Assembly: GCF_964204645.1 (NCBI RefSeq)
Contig: NC_134035.1
Coordinates: 7,410,451-7,474,450, forward strand
DNA from: Tubulanus polymorphus
Lineage: Eukaryota; Animalia; Nemertea
DNA length: 64,000 bases
Reading direction: 5' to 3'
The notes under the pieces are model-generated. The model made no database searches and was not told the origin of the DNA. It saw only the letters and a program-made list of their open reading frames with translations. Position 1 is the stretch's first letter. Each line of letters starts with the position of its first letter. This document shows positions 30,001-42,177 of this stretch, one piece after another. Both the position numbers and the translations under genes were made by a program.

Positions 30001-33000
30001 AATAGAAATGAGCAGAACATTTTTTTGCCTCAAACCCCCACGCTACAGGCCTGTTCATAACATGATGTGGTATGACATAAAAACTTTACTTTTGGATTGG
30101 AAGACTCGATATATTGAGATCTAAGAACTAAATTGTAATTGAAAATGAACTAATTTTCATCAAGTATGTGTTATATTCTGGGGTACCATCTAACGGGATA
30201 ACTGGGTTTCTGGTACCTGATCTGCGCTAAACTGAGCGATTGGATGTTGTCAGGAATAATTTCTTATTGTATCTAATGACATTTTCGGTTTTATTTCAGA
30301 CCGGGGGTTTAAACGGGTTCATTCATAGTTTTATATCTGAAGTGTTAGCGATTGTACGAGCGCACGTGGTCGCTCTCGGTGGAAATGCATTGGTAGCGTA
30401 TAAGATGAGTGAATGTGTATTGCTCGATACACCGCACAAAAACCAGGTACATTTTAAATTGAAGTTTTGGCTTCATTTCTACTATGAATTTATCATTAGT
30501 TTCTCGATAAATAATGCTTATTAGTTTGCATTATTCGACTCAAATGCTGTGAGCAATTTTTGAAACAGATTTGACTTGTATTGCTTTGCTTTACATTGTT
30601 TGAATCTTAGTTTCCCAAAACTAACCTTATTTGACGTTCATTTATCTTCATGCAACAGCATCACGTCTTATCCCACTGAGCTACTGAGACTGTATATCTG
30701 GTTTCTGAACGCAGTGCTAACTGTAACACATGGTAGCCACAAGTTTACCCGTTGCTGGGTTAGAGTTCACTGAAATCTGAGTTTTTTTTTTAAAGAAATA
30801 ATAGATTCAATGATGGAGCAAAAGATCCTAAATGCTGAACCATGAACTACTTTAACTCTGCCACACACTTAGTGAAACGGCATATTTTTTATATCTCCTC
30901 TAGTTGATTCTACCCTTATGTAAACACCACATTATTGACTACATCTGATATTTCCTTCAGGATACGTTACGTGGGGCACATTTTAGAAGTTACCTTAGTT
31001 TGGGAACTATACCGCTAAACATTTTTTGGAGTACCCCGTACGTACGGTGGCGCCCCCATGAGCCACGTGACTCAATTTCTTCCTTAGCGCCGCCATTTTT
31101 GGGTGGTTCTTTCAATTTGGGAGCTGCCGTTTTCGATATTATTTGTGTTCGTGATGATTCAGTTCTGTTGGCTAGCTGGACCGTAATAGCACTTCGTTTC
31201 TTCGGTGAGTCCGTTACAATTCATTTTACCGAACAGAATTGCAATAAATTTGATCGTTAATACTCGCGGTCGGGGCAACTGCGACCACGTGCACAAGTGT
31301 TTCTTTCCCACGGTCGATTGATTTGTGCGGTGACTTCTCGCTAATAGCAAGCGAGCAGTCCGAGCCCGCTGACAATTCGTTTTCCTAAATAATTAAGAAA
31401 TTAATTATTAAATTAAATTGTCCGGGTTGTTTAAAAAATTTTTTTTTGTTCTTTCAGAATTGTAGTACTTAATTTTAATTAAACCTCGGCCTGAACCGGT
31501 TCCTAATTTTGTTCCAGTTCCGTCCGTAAGAAAGCCAGTCCCGACCCGGCTGGAACCAACTACCGGGTCTCGGACGGGTCCAAATGAGTCATCATCGAGA
31601 CGACTGTACATGCTTCGGCCCCGGCTAACCGCTCATATCCAAGTCCGGGGTCCGTTGCTGTACCAAAGAAAAGCCTAGACTCATCTGGTACAGGGATTTC
31701 GATCAGACTCAAATCTCCCGGACCAGGGACTGGGTCAACTCACTCAGCCGATCCAGGACTACCGCCCTCCAAAGGAAGGCCGGAGTCTCGTTTTTCTCCA
31801 CGAGCTCGCTCGCCCATGCGTCGCTCCCTGGGAGGAGGCGCAGGAAATGGTCACCGTCGCCCTCAGGCTCGACCTCATCCAGTAGGAAGAAGTAAGACCG
31901 TCACCGGCGTAGACGGGCACGTTCCCGGTCCAGCTCCTCATCGAGGTCTCGATCCTCGAGTAGGAGTCGAGTGCGTTCTCCACGCTATTACCGTAGCCGT
32001 CGAAGGAGGTTCCTTTCGCCGGAGCCGGCTGCTTCCACGTCCGGTTTCGTTTCGGCTGAGGATTTGAAGGCATTTCATGCAGAAATGCGTAGTATGTTGG
32101 AGTCGGTAAAGGGTCCTCTAGGCTCGACCGGAGCCGGAGCGCCAACCGCCTTCATCTGACTCGGAAAACTCCCGTCTCAAGGATGTTCCCCTCACGGTCC
32201 CCGACCCTAAGGATGTTGATGAATATTCCTTAGAGGCAGGCCACGGCACGCGTTCAGGCTCTAAGAAGCCATCGCCTCGGGTCCCGCCCGGAGGGTCCAC
32301 TTCCCACCCTCTGTTGGCGTTTGACCGACCGCCCAGTCCTGCGGCCTCGATCAACACGACTTTTGACAGTTCGACACCAGCAGATAGCCCTTTCCATCTC
32401 TTATTCAAGAGGTTTTCCGCAAGCATGGCGCCACTGTGCCTAAGCCTCATAAGTCTACGGATCAGGCTGAGTGTATGGCCTCGTATGCTGCCTCCGGATG
32501 AGACTCTCATGCTCTCCGCGAGTCCTCCGCGGTGACGGCCGAGTGGACACGGATCGATAGGCACTTGTGGGGTCAGGATCGGCCAACTGGTTTTGCCTAC
32601 CCCCACCGGAATCGGGTCTCAAGCAGGGAAAGCTCCTTTCTCTTGCTGAGCCACCGATCCCCGGTTTTAGAACATCCTATTATCATACACCCGGGTCAAC
32701 TGAACGTTTGCATGGTTCGGTGGAGGCGGACGTTAGATCGATTTTTTCCTCACCGTCGGTCGCGCCCGACCTTAACATTCAAATGCCTACGGCAGGGGTG
32801 ACCTCTTCCTTGTCATTCCTGGAAAATATTACGCGTATCGGGAGTTTCCAAGATATGGCCTTGTTGTCTCTGATAGGTAAGCTCCAGACATGAGCCCCAA
32901 GAGAGGTCAGGAGGTGCACATCACCCCTGTAATCGAAGAGTTGTTACAGAAGGGCGCACTCCAGCCGGTACAAAACGAATCCTCTCCAGGCTGGAGCTCG

Positions 33001-36000
33001 CGACTGTTTACCGTGCCCAAGGCCTCCGGAGGCCTACGCATGGTAATAGACTTGTCCCTTCTCAACAGACATCTCAGGGTGCCAAAGTTTCGCATGACCA
33101 CGCCGATGCAAGTAGTTCAGGCGTTCCGTCCCGGTCAATGGGCAGCGTCGATCGATCTGAAGGACGCATACTTCCAGGTACCGATACATCCCAAATCGCG
33201 TCGCTACCTCCGGGTCAAGTGGAAGGGTCGTCAGTATCAGTTCTCGGCACTTCCTTTCGGTCTAAGCTCGGCACCCTGGGTGTTCACCAAGCTGGTCAAA
33301 CCAGTCCAACGATATCTTCAAAAGAAAGGTGTGAAGATTTTCGTATATCTGGACGACTGGTTAATTGTGGGCAACTATCGGGACGAATGTCAGGCATCCA
33401 TCGACTTAGTTCTGGACCTGGTGCGGGAATTGGGCTTCAGGATAAATCTCGAGAAGTCCCAATTACACCCGTCACAAATATTCACCTACCTGGGCATGGA
33501 GTTTGACCTTCGCAAGGGCCAGGTGTTTCCCACTCAGGCCAGGGTAGACAAACTGCGGGAAGCTGTATCCGGCCTGTCGAGCACACCTCGGTCAGCGCGG
33601 TTCTGGTCCCGAGTCCTCTGTCAAATGAGCTCCATGTCCCTGGTGATTCCGCTGGGTCGCCTTCACAGCCGGCCATTTCAACGTTTTTGGAAGGCCTGCT
33701 GGCTACGATCGACAGGAGATTGGGAGGCTCTGCTGCCGTTTCCTCCTCCGGATCTGGATCCAGAGCTAAGTTGGTGATCGTCCCTTCGCAATCTAGAGGA
33801 AGGGTACTTCTCTGGCACCACTCCAAGCCCCCCTCCGGCTGTTTACCGACGCGAGTCATGCAGGTTGGGGTGCTCATTTGGAGAATTATCAGAAGGCCAG
33901 GAGATGCTCTCATCAGGAGGGGCTTCTCCATATCAATCAGTTAGAGCTCTTAGCGGTGCGCAAAGCCCTGGGTTTCTTTCACAGGAGGTTGACAGGCAGA
34001 CACGTGTGGTTAGCCACCGACAACCAGACGGTCAGGGCCTATCTTCAGAACCAAGGAGGCACCAGATCAGTTACGCTTACCGCTCTCATGGTGGAGATTC
34101 TTATCTGATGTCAAGCTCGAGGAATTCACCTTTCCGTGGTTCACCTGGCGGGCAAGAGGAACGTCGTTGCCGATGCCCTTTCCCGTCAGGATGCGGCCAT
34201 TTCTACCGAATGGTCACTTCACAGGGAAGTGGCAGTTCGAGTGGGGTCCCTGGTAGGCGTTCCGTTAATAGATCTGTTCGCCACCAGGTTCAACAAGAGG
34301 TTCCCGCTGTTTGTGTCATGTCCGATTCAAGTCTTATCAGCAGTCCTCGAAAAGATACAGCTGGCGTCCTCTTGTCTGATTGTTCTGATCGCGCCTTTCT
34401 GGCCAGCTCAGGCGTGGTTCAGTCGTCTTCTCAACCTTCTGTGCGACAATCCCAGGTGCTTGCCGCAATTTCCATCCCTCCTGTCGCAGAGGGGTTTCCG
34501 GAGGCACCCGGCACTAAAGATGCTCAACCTTCACACCTGGCCGTTGTCGAGTGACGCTTGGCGAGTGCAGGCTTTTCAGTCAGGGCTTCCTCGTTCATCG
34601 CTAAATCCAAACGCCCTAGTACAGGCGGGATTTATAACTCCAAGTGGAAGATCTATGGCGATTGGTGTAGTCAACGGTGGTTTGATCCATGCACTCCCCC
34701 TGTAGCCGCCCTTGCTGAATTCGTCCTCTTTCTTTTTGAGGTCAAAGGACAGCAGGTGGTAACCATTAAGGGTTACCGGTCCGCTATCGGCCATACTTTC
34801 AGGGCCGCTGGTATTCCGGACCTGACTACTGATCCCCGTATTTCCCAGCTCATTGCCGGTTTCACAGTAGCCCGGCCGAAAGTGCCTCGGGAAATCCCTC
34901 CATGGGACTTGGGGGTGGTCTTGAGATTTCTCATGGCTAGTCCGTATGAACCCCTCTCCGAAGTGAGTCTGTCCAAGCTCACTAAGAAAACAGTTTTTCT
35001 TATGTTTTTGGCTATGTCCGCTAGGAGGTCCGAAATTCATGCATTAACGACTCGACCTGGTCATATCGTTTTCGGTCCTGGTCATCGTTTTGTTGTTCTC
35101 CGCCCTTACCTCAATTTTATCGCTAAGAATCAAAGACCAGGTGCGGTTGGTAGAGAGTGGAGGGTGGAGGCTCTAACGCATAGGGTTCAATCCGACCTTC
35201 CAGATCGGGCGCTTTGTCTGGTTCGGGCATTATTTTATTTGCGTCGAACAGCCTCACTTCGGGGAGAGAGGGATCGGTTGTTTATTATGCTGAATGAGCA
35301 GTCCTCGAAGGATGTCTCGAAGGATACTATTGGTTGGTGGGTTTCAGAACTCATTCGTGAGGCCTCATCTTCGGTAGATGCCGAGTCTACTTGTGTTGTC
35401 AGTCATCAGGTGCGCGCGATGGCGACTTCGTGGGCAGCTTTTTCGGGCGCATCCATTGAGGAGGTTTGTCGAGGTGCATTCTGGAATAGTCAGAATACTT
35501 TTGCTTCCTTTTATTTGAAGGATGTGTCGGGACAGTTGGGTTCTCTTTCGTCGGTGGGCCCAGCGGTCATTGCTCAGGGCGTTCAGGTTTTTCCCTCGGG
35601 GTCTGCTCACTCCAGTTCTCATCCTGTAGATATATCGGATCCGTTTGATCCAAGTCAAAATGATTATTGATTGTTTTGCATTATTTTGGCTGTTTTCGTT
35701 TGTTCCGCAGCTAAGACCCAGGGGGTTTTTGCTGCCGGAATATCCTGGGGAGTGTGTTTGCCGTTCCGATTTAACGGGATTCATTTTCTCTCATAACCTG
35801 TACATATGTGAGCTTAAGCTAGGATATATCTGTACATGTATATGTTTTCTGTTGCTCCGGGCGTGAGTATAGTCTGGAATCTTTGTGCTGGGAGCAGTTA
35901 TATTTAACTTCGCAGGACCTTGTTGCCGAGAGCGATGGGCTAGTTCGGTAATTTGGTTTTGGCGCAGTTTTCAGGGTGAGTAATTTCCTTCTTTGAACAC

Positions 36001-36757
36001 GCTTTATTTGTGGTTTTAGTTTACACACATTTTTTGGGAGCCTTACCCGCCGCTTGGTGCTTGGCTAATCCTTCTAAAATGTGCCCCACATAACGTATCC
36101 TGAAGGAAATATCATAATTTTCCAGAGTAAAATTTGTATTTCTGAGGGATACTTATGTGGGGCTCAGGATATTCCCGCCCGTCTTCCCCGCTCGGCTCTT
36201 TGCGCTGAGTTTCGGAAGAAATTGAGTCCGGTCCACCGTATGGTACAGGGTACTCCAAAAAATGTTTAGCGGTATAGTTCCCAAACTAAGGTAACTTCTA
36301 AAATCCATGTAAGGATCCCTCAGAAATACAAATTTTACTCTGGAAAATTATGATTTTACAGTGAATTCTAACCTAGGTTTCTCTAAAATCAGCTGCTCAC
36401 TGATTATATTCAACCTGCTACAGGTATCGCTAGTAACCTTATCACTAGCAGGTACTATATTTTGATGTCGTATGACTCGTAGTCTCATCTGTATGTTTAA
36501 TAATGTGTATGATGTTATGTTCACAGGGTCAGTGTCTCGTAAACGTGTTCGGCGATGTCGCTCATGTCGTTTACGATTTTGAACTGCAGCCGATATCCGC
36601 CGACAGTATGTCGTCTTCGTCGAAACCAAACATGTCTCCGTTACCGCTCAACACGAAAAAACTGTCCGCCTCGCCGAAATTTCCGCCGCATCACGGTGCG
36701 CACGTCGGAGCCGTCAGTCCTCGTGATTTATCCAGACAAATCGTCGTCAAGTTATGA
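3100..36757 (+). CDS. C2CD5: C2 domain-containing protein 5 (C2CD5/CDP138), multi-exon, about 1082 aa
   Basis: GT-AG, phase-consistent exons: 3100-3189, 3725-3811, 3962-4133, 4966-5061, 5232-5448, 5840-5968, 9512-9675, 12700-12791, 13125-13233, 13612-13726, 14179-14382, 15925-16029, 16824-16971, 17341-17469, 17691-17753, 19353-19457, 22430-22534, 22880-22999, 23411-23491, 23573-23759, 25234-25422, 28451-28488, 28850-28975, 30300-30446, 36527-36757 (3249 nt). Translation MPAKLKVRVLAARDLPIMDRASELTDAFAEVRFSNTVFKTDV...EELVVNDDPEYQWIDKIRTPRASNEARQRL...GGVVSARSVKLLDRIHNPDEPETRDAWW closely matches the C2CD5 family as I recall it. Confidence 0.95.
4188..4424. mobile_element. piggyBac-type MITE
   Basis: TTAA target duplication (4184-4187, 4425-4428); TIRs CCCTTCCAGTGC / GCACTGAAAGGG. 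Confidence 0.8.
6270..9422. mobile_element. Non-autonomous PIF/Harbinger-like DNA transposon with nested insertion
   Basis: TIRs GGCCACACCAAAAGAAAACCCTGTT / AACAGGATTTTGTTTTTGGTGTGGCC, each flanked by TTA (3-bp TWA duplication); no transposase ORF recognised. Confidence 0.7.
8427..9119. mobile_element. piggyBac-type non-autonomous element nested in the Harbinger-like element
   Basis: TTAA on both sides (8423-8426, 9120-9123); TIRs CCCTTACGTTACCGG / CTGGTAATGTAAGGG. Confidence 0.75.
12325..12645. mobile_element. MITE with subterminal (A)CTTGGGAA repeats
   Basis: TIRs CATGGTTCCCACAG / CTGCGGGAACCATG, TTTAAT on both flanks, many internal TTGGGAAA motifs. Confidence 0.7.
14026..14115. repeat. 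Small fold-back element (16-bp perfect inverted repeat)
   Basis: GCTTTCGCATACAACT ... AGTTGTATGCGAAAGC. Confidence 0.7.
14515..14790. repeat. Dispersed repeat / MITE with B-box-like inverted repeats; related copy at about 41229-41553
   Basis: Both loci share AAATTTCAC(A/G)GAAGAACTATAAATGG and GTACCGTGGC...TCTCGATGCCATCAGGTTCGAAT. Confidence 0.6.
18115..18227. repeat. Short palindromic MITE (AGTTCCACAGTT TIR family); related copies near 38900-39001 and 47977-48282
   Basis: AGTTCCACAGTT ... AACTGTGGAACT, with an internal CTAGAGTTAAAA / TTTTAACTCTCTAG inverted repeat. Confidence 0.6.
19691..21895 (-). CDS. Ankyrin-repeat protein (about 355 aa), nested antisense in a C2CD5 intron
   Basis: Minus-strand GT-AG exons, all phase 0: 21895-21803 (MLTLAAAAAKGEGDVVNKHIQQGQNVDFQSR), 21586-21488 (YGQTALQNSCHQGQTTIVKYLIKAGATVDIQNQ), 21119-21021 (HGQTALILAATAGHTDIVKLLLNAGCDVNIRSQ), 20603-20505 (ASGSTALHYACKNHHTEVIKLLLKQADLTVLDR), 20368-19691 (VNKSAKFYTRSEPIIKLIKQHEE...VFSRLSPW*). 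The three 99-nt exons each encode one ankyrin repeat. Confidence 0.88.
23205..23330. repeat. Degenerate minisatellite (about 20-22 bp, TTAGTCAGTAAC core)
   Basis: Recurrent TTAGTCAGTAA(C/T) and CTAGAAT motifs. Confidence 0.55.
23807..24036. mobile_element. MITE with CAGGGGC..ATCT TIRs (related short copy 37620-37697)
   Basis: CAGGGGCAAATCTAGG ... GATCTGCCCCTG; second copy CAGGGGCGTATCTAG ... CTAGATCCACCCCT. Confidence 0.55.
25685..26073. mobile_element. MITE with GTTCACACT-type TIRs (Harbinger-like)
   Basis: AGCCATGTTCACACT ... AGTGTGAACGCAGCT, with internal TTCACAC/GTGTGAA repeats. Confidence 0.55.
26393..26407 (+). CDS. C2CD5: Candidate 15-nt C2CD5 microexon (adds ILVPR)
   Basis: Long pyrimidine tract, ...TTGCATTTGTAG | TTTTGGTTCCACGGA | GTAAGT; phase 1-1, fitting between exons 25234-25422 and 28451-28488. 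Confidence 0.6.
26642..26817. repeat. Intronic fold-back palindrome, about 176 bp
   Basis: TCAGTAAAA...CTAGATTTATTTAGAGTA...GCTACTAGTGCAT / ATGCACTAGTAGC...TACTCTAAATGAATCTAG...TTTTACTGA. Confidence 0.8.
31584..32893 (+). pseudogene. DIRS gag-like region, fragmented
   Basis: S/R/P-rich short ORF pieces in shifting frames, located between the left ITR and RT; assigned by position only. Confidence 0.45.
32890..34555 (+). pseudogene. DIRS pol: reverse transcriptase - RNase H - methyltransferase-like, disrupted
   Basis: RT motifs SIDLKDAYFQVPI, LPFGLSSAP and YLDD (32890-33777); RNase H LFTDASHAGWGAH, HINQLEL, TDN and NVVADALSR; MT-like IDLFATRFN...APFWPAQAWF. Stops at 33775 and 34106 plus frameshifts. 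Confidence 0.9.
34558..35670 (+). CDS. DIRS tyrosine recombinase
   Basis: Catalytic motifs SARRSE (R), HQVR (HxxR) and FASFY (Y); N-terminal core-binding segment YNSKWKIYGDWC...TIKGYRSAI. Confidence 0.88.
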   Translation: MASAGFSVRASSFIAKSKRPSTGGIYNSKWKIYGDWCSQRWFDPCTPPVAALAEFVLFLFEVKGQQVVTIKGYRSAIGHTFRAAGIPDLTTDPRISQLIAGFTVARPKVPREIPPWDLGVVLRFLMASPYEPLSEVSLSKLTKKTVFLMFLAMSARRSEIHALTTRPGHIVFGPGHRFVVLRPYLNFIAKNQRPGAVGREWRVEALTHRVQSDLPDRALCLVRALFYLRRTASLRGERDRLFIMLNEQSSKDVSKDTIGWWVSELIREASSSVDAESTCVVSHQVRAMATSWAAFSGASIEEVCRGAFWNSQNTFASFYLKDVSGQLGSLSSVGPAVIAQGVQVFPSGSAHSSSHPVDISDPFDPSQNDY

Positions 36758-39700
36758 TGAATTTTAGTTCAAGAGTTTTTGTGATTAGAATAATGTGCAT
36801 TAAATGTCACTAAGGACGGGACTACTGCTATATTGGTTCCCTGAATGATTTACTGCGGTGGAACCTCGTTATAACAAAACCCGGTAGTAATGGAATTCTC
36901 GTCTCGGCCAAAATCCTGATTGATTTTTTTATGTGGTCGTGTGGTTTTTATGAACTGTTGCGTCAAAAACTTTTCGACGCAACAAAAATTTAGCAAAAAT
37001 AAATTTAGAGCAAAAATAGATATTGCAAAAGATATCTTGATTCTTTTCCCTGCATATGCACGTAATACAGGTCACTGCATACAGGTAGCTACTGCACTCA
37101 AAATACCATCAGTGTAGACCGAGAAGTGGCCTCATTTGAAAAAAGAATCGTCAAATGTGGATGCGTTAGTCATTAAATTTGTACAGTGCAATGGCTACTG
37201 GTGGAAAGAAGATGTGTCGACAACAAAAATACAGATCATCAATGATATGGATAAGCGTTTTAGGGCTTCATTCGTCTGAATCTAGGCTGACGAAGCCCTT
37301 AAAATGTGCGATGTAATCGAACCTATGAAATGAAAAATGCGAGTATGCTATTTACATGTTAATAAATAAAAATCAGATATGATGAGAGATATTTGTAGGT
37401 TCCTTTGTATGATGTAATAAAATTTGTTTAAAAGTTTCTTCTAATGTGCGTAGTATTATATGGGTCTACTGTACTGCATATTACAGTCAGGATGAAGAAA
37501 AAAAATTGTTATAACAATGTTATAAAGACTGGTTTTTTCATTGAATTTGTGTTAGCTTTTGTATTTGTTTTTGCATAAATATTCATGATACCAAAAAATC
37601 CGACTTGCGGTAAGCAGATCAGGGGCGTATCTAGGAAAATTGGAAGTTGAGCCCAAAAAATAAAACGCATTTCTTGGATAATCTAGATCCACCCCTTCAG
37701 AGTTGACTGTATTTAGAACAGCAATTTTAATTTGTTAAAACCTATTAACATAGCATGTATTTACTGTTTGGTTGGTTTTAAAATAAGTTGTAAAAATGAA
37801 AATTGATATGCTCCCTAGGGTAAAGTTTACCAAAACATTGACGTATGTTTAAACATAATTGAGATTTGATGTTGAAAGATATTGTTAAGCATCATTACCC
37901 ATTTAGAACATGTTGATAGTGTTTAATTGATCAAAATGTTAATTAGTCTGACTGTGATAATGAATAATTACATGTAGATAATTTTTACTGGCCTTGTTTT
38001 AAAGGTTGTATATGTGAATGTATTTTCTAGATGTCTCATTAGTATTTAATGCGTGCACGTGTGATATATATATATATAGTACTGACGTTAACGAGCCGAG
38101 CTCTTTACTTCGACCCATACATTTTTAAGTGCATTTTGATGGAGAAAAATTATCATAGCTCAAGGCAGAGTTTTTGCTGTATCAGTAAATGATTACATTT
38201 GTCACAGAATTGAACTTGTAAATGGCACGATAAACCCAATAAGCCATGCAATCTGATATAGGCAGAATTTTATATTGAAACGTATTTCTACTTCAGACTT
38301 ATTCAGGATTAATCCGGCTTCATCCACCCCCTCAATCCAGTTTTACCACCCCCTTAGATCTATTGTCTGTACCCAGCCCCCACCTGCACTCTACCTGCAG
38401 ACTGTGGCTGCCCTTACAAAAACTGTCCGTCAGCGATCTGGTCTCCTGTCCGAATTGAAGGAGCCAGTTTAATAAGACTGATGTTAACTTTTTTACCTGT
38501 GGGTAAATGGGGTTTAAGTTAATTAAGTCTTTGCTTACAATCAGGCCAAGTTAATATTTTCAATTGAAGATGAATTGCATTTTTACATGACCAGACATAA
38601 GCATTATATTTCACTATACATGGAACGATCAGATCGTCCAGACTTCATCCATCAAGTGGTGATACAATGTATCTTAGAGTGGTGGGTACTAGCAACAGAT
38701 TGATACCTTGCAGTTTATGATTATGAAGACCGAATTAGACTGGAAAATTTAACCAGATATATGTTGTTTAAAAAGTAAGGATCAAATACAAGGATTGGCT
38801 ATATATGCGCCGGGATATACATGTATAAAATTCCACTGAAAATGTAATTCAGTTTTGTTCGACATAGCTTATTTCACCTAATCCAGAAGAAAAATAAATC
38901 CAGTTACACAGGCATAAGTTGTACTTATTTAAAGCTGATTCTATACTCATCTTCTAGTGATGATTTGTTGAATTTTAATTCGTAACTGTGGAATTGGGTC
39001 CCGGGTACCATGTTTTAATGTAGAAAATCTAAACACATTTATTATAGATATTGATTCCTTATTTATTTACGTGTTTATTTTTCGTAGTAAAATGACGATA
39101 ACGTCAATCAATCGATGTGTAAAAATCAGAGCAAACTCTGTGTTCAAAATTTTGGTGTGATTTTAGAGTCTGTCCAGGTGCTGAGATGTTGAAAATAAAA
39201 TGTATTCTGTAGATTTCTGCTGAAAAATTGTGTTCTTTCTTCGATTGTTTTTAATTAGCTTTAACAACAACATCGTTGTCAGCTGTTATCTTCATGACAT
39301 ACTATATTGGACTACTCTTCAGTCGCTAAGAGGTCTTTGTTTATGTTTTGAAAAGCTATAAATCTGTAGTTTGAATACCAGACGTTGATACGTCTTCCCT
39401 GACAACTTGTTTGGGAAACGACGGCTAGGTACTAGGCTACAGTTTGACATTAATATCTTTCGAATGATCGGATATAACGAAGTTTTTTTATTTTCTTGCG
39501 CCATCAACACCGGGTGACAAACATTGGCAATTGCAAATGTGTTAAGTTTCAAAACATTCATTTTTTCTGCCAATTGTAGCACAAAAACACTATGAGAAAA
39601 CCAATGAGAAATGAGAAAACCATGCTGCAATAGCACACAGTTACACGCGATTACGCCTGATATAAAGATCAGCACAGGGGAGCTGTTGAGAATCAAGGAA

Positions 39701-42177
39701 TTTATTTTATATGACCTGTTCAGCTGCCTACTGGTGCGTGGTCAATCCAGTGGTGCCTTCGATAAGCTCTCAATGTAAATTCATTCAACGTAAGAGAGAC
39801 ACAATTGCGATTTTTCAGAATTGTTGATATCATTAACGCCACCGACTGTCCGCGGTGTGTAAAACCATAGGCGATCATTCAACTCACGCTTCTCATACTG
39901 TGCAGACATAATGGTGACTCTGATTCTCCTCGCATTTCTTGCCATGCTACGCTACTATTGGCTCTTTCCTTTGGAAGAACGACGTCTTTATGTTTTATGT
40001 GTTGCTGTCCGTCTCTGTGCTGTTCTGTGTTCATTACTTCGTTCTATTTTTCAGCTTCTAATCCGTTCTATTTTTCAGCGTCTAATCCGTTATCTTTTTC
40101 AGGGCCGATTTATCTCGCGAATTTCAGTATTTTATGGAACAAAACTAATGTCCGAAAGCGTCAGCTCCTCCGCCGGTCACGTGTCGAGAACGTTAGGGAC
40201 GAGTCGGCCAGGAAATCATGGTTCTACGTGCCCTCGCACAGGGAATGCAAACCGATCGACAATGCCTCACGTCATTATCTGCCTACAGGGTGCACTGGAC
40301 GTATCGGCCCCACTCCGCGCGGTTCCGCCACCGTGCGGGATTTACGCAAAGCAGCAAACACAAACATGGCCACTCTCTCAATTTTCAATGATAGAAATCG
40401 TGTGTGCATTTCAATTATTTCGGCTGTTAGGGTTTTAAGGCACAATATAAGTTGATGATGTGATATGGCGATGTTAATTAATGATAATTCCGCAGTGAAG
40501 CTAGTCACGAACGGTGCCGATTGAATGTACAGCTGCCAAAAACACTGAAATGTGCGTAGTTGCGTAACTATTTGCAGTGAATTGCAGACGAAACATGAAG
40601 CTTTAACAGCCGTTTAAAAAAAATTATACCAATCGCAATTGTAAAATAAAAATGAGATAGAACCTAAGTTAAAATTCTGGCCATTTCTAAAATGTTATTA
40701 CTAATTTTTAGTCAGTGCCGAACGTGATAGTTTTCCAACAGTAATGAGGGGTGGTAGGTAGTCATGCAATTCAAGTCATCATTTATTACACGTTTCTTCC
40801 GTGTTGTTGAAAATCTCGCGAGTCCTGGACCAAACCCCATTGAACAATGTGATCTGTATGCTGGCCACAAATGCACACAGATCACACTACACTACCCATT
40901 ACAAACTCCAGTACCCACAGCTTTCATATATCCATCCAAATATTTAGAGTGTCTTTCTTCCTGGGTGACGTCAATGAATGTCAAATGACTGGATGGTATG
41001 AGTAATCTTTTTTGATTATACTACGGTATATTGGATTATTCAAGCTAACACCCCTCCAACAAGCCCCTATGGACAGAACACTCTGGAGGACCCTCAACGG
41101 ACTGCTTGCATTTGTTAAATTGACCGCCATGTTGATATCGGGACTGCGGTTCAATATAAATTGGGAACTGAGATAGCTGAAACGAAATTTGTAAGGTGAT
41201 TCTGGCCATCCGAAGTAGACAATTCCGTAAATTTCACGGAAGAACTATAAATGGGAAAACCCGGGCTAGAGAAGCGGGATATCCGATATTTCTAGCCTAA
41301 TTATATACATTCATTGAAAGATCAAACTCTTTTCTCAATCCCGTAACTGTAAATATTATTATGTTCTTTTCTATGGAATAGATTTACTTGAACTTGATAA
41401 TAACATCATGTAATGCGCATGTAGCTGCGCACTCGGTCTATATGTGATAGGGTTTCGTACCGTTTCGTACCGTGGCGAGTCTCGATGCCATCAGGTTCGA
41501 ATACCCGCCGGGGGATAATGGGAACGACGTGACTACCCGGGCCGACCCGGTACTTTAACTCAAGTTACTACAAACCGTCACTCGATATACATCAAGACAC
41601 AGATCATCATCGTGCTGGGTGATTCGATGTGTGCCCGCGTGTGAAATCTTAATATTCCACTTTATCGCCCAGTTGTTTGTTTCGAACTTTCCAGACTCTG
41701 AGCTACTTGCCGGAAACCGCTCGTTAACAAACAGCCTTTCAGTGAAACCACTAGCACTCGTTTTGTACGTGAGAAGCACGGATCTTTGTGGGATTTAACT
41801 CAACCATCTGCCTAAGGCCCACGGCACTATTATGGCTCTAACCAATTAACACCACTTATTGCATTATCAATAGAAGCTTCAAATTGTACGTATTAGTTGT
41901 TCATTGCTTGGTGAGTCGTACCAGTAGCTAATCCATTATCCATATATAAAAAGGATTTGCTGGTTTAAAGACGAACAGTAAAAGAGGTTGGATTTTTTTT
42001 AGGGTCCGTTTGTATGTATACGAGTATTTCCTTCACACAGAAACGTGTTCTCGTGCGTGACGGTCGATCGTATTACGGTTAAATGTAATGAGCTGATTCG
42101 AAGTACTTCTTTCTTGCGTAGAAACTTTCTTTCAATTTGCAATGAAGCATTTTCAAAAAGCCGTTCACTCCAGAAAT

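Larger units (their letters stand above)
30946..36354 (+). mobile_element. DIRS1-type tyrosine-recombinase retrotransposon, full length but degenerate
   Basis: Left ITR 30980-31083 is inverted at 36214-36304. The internal complementary region 36072-36150 is the reverse complement of the left end (30946-30988) joined to that of the right end (36315-36353). RT, RNase H, MT-like and YR domains lie inside; GC content is higher than the flanks. Confidence 0.93.

Noticed and set aside
39911-40508. Overlapping 165-175 aa ORFs, faintly THAP-like
   Set aside because: They are partly built from a 24-bp tandem repeat (about 40041-40102) and lack a convincing C2CH signature or splice support.
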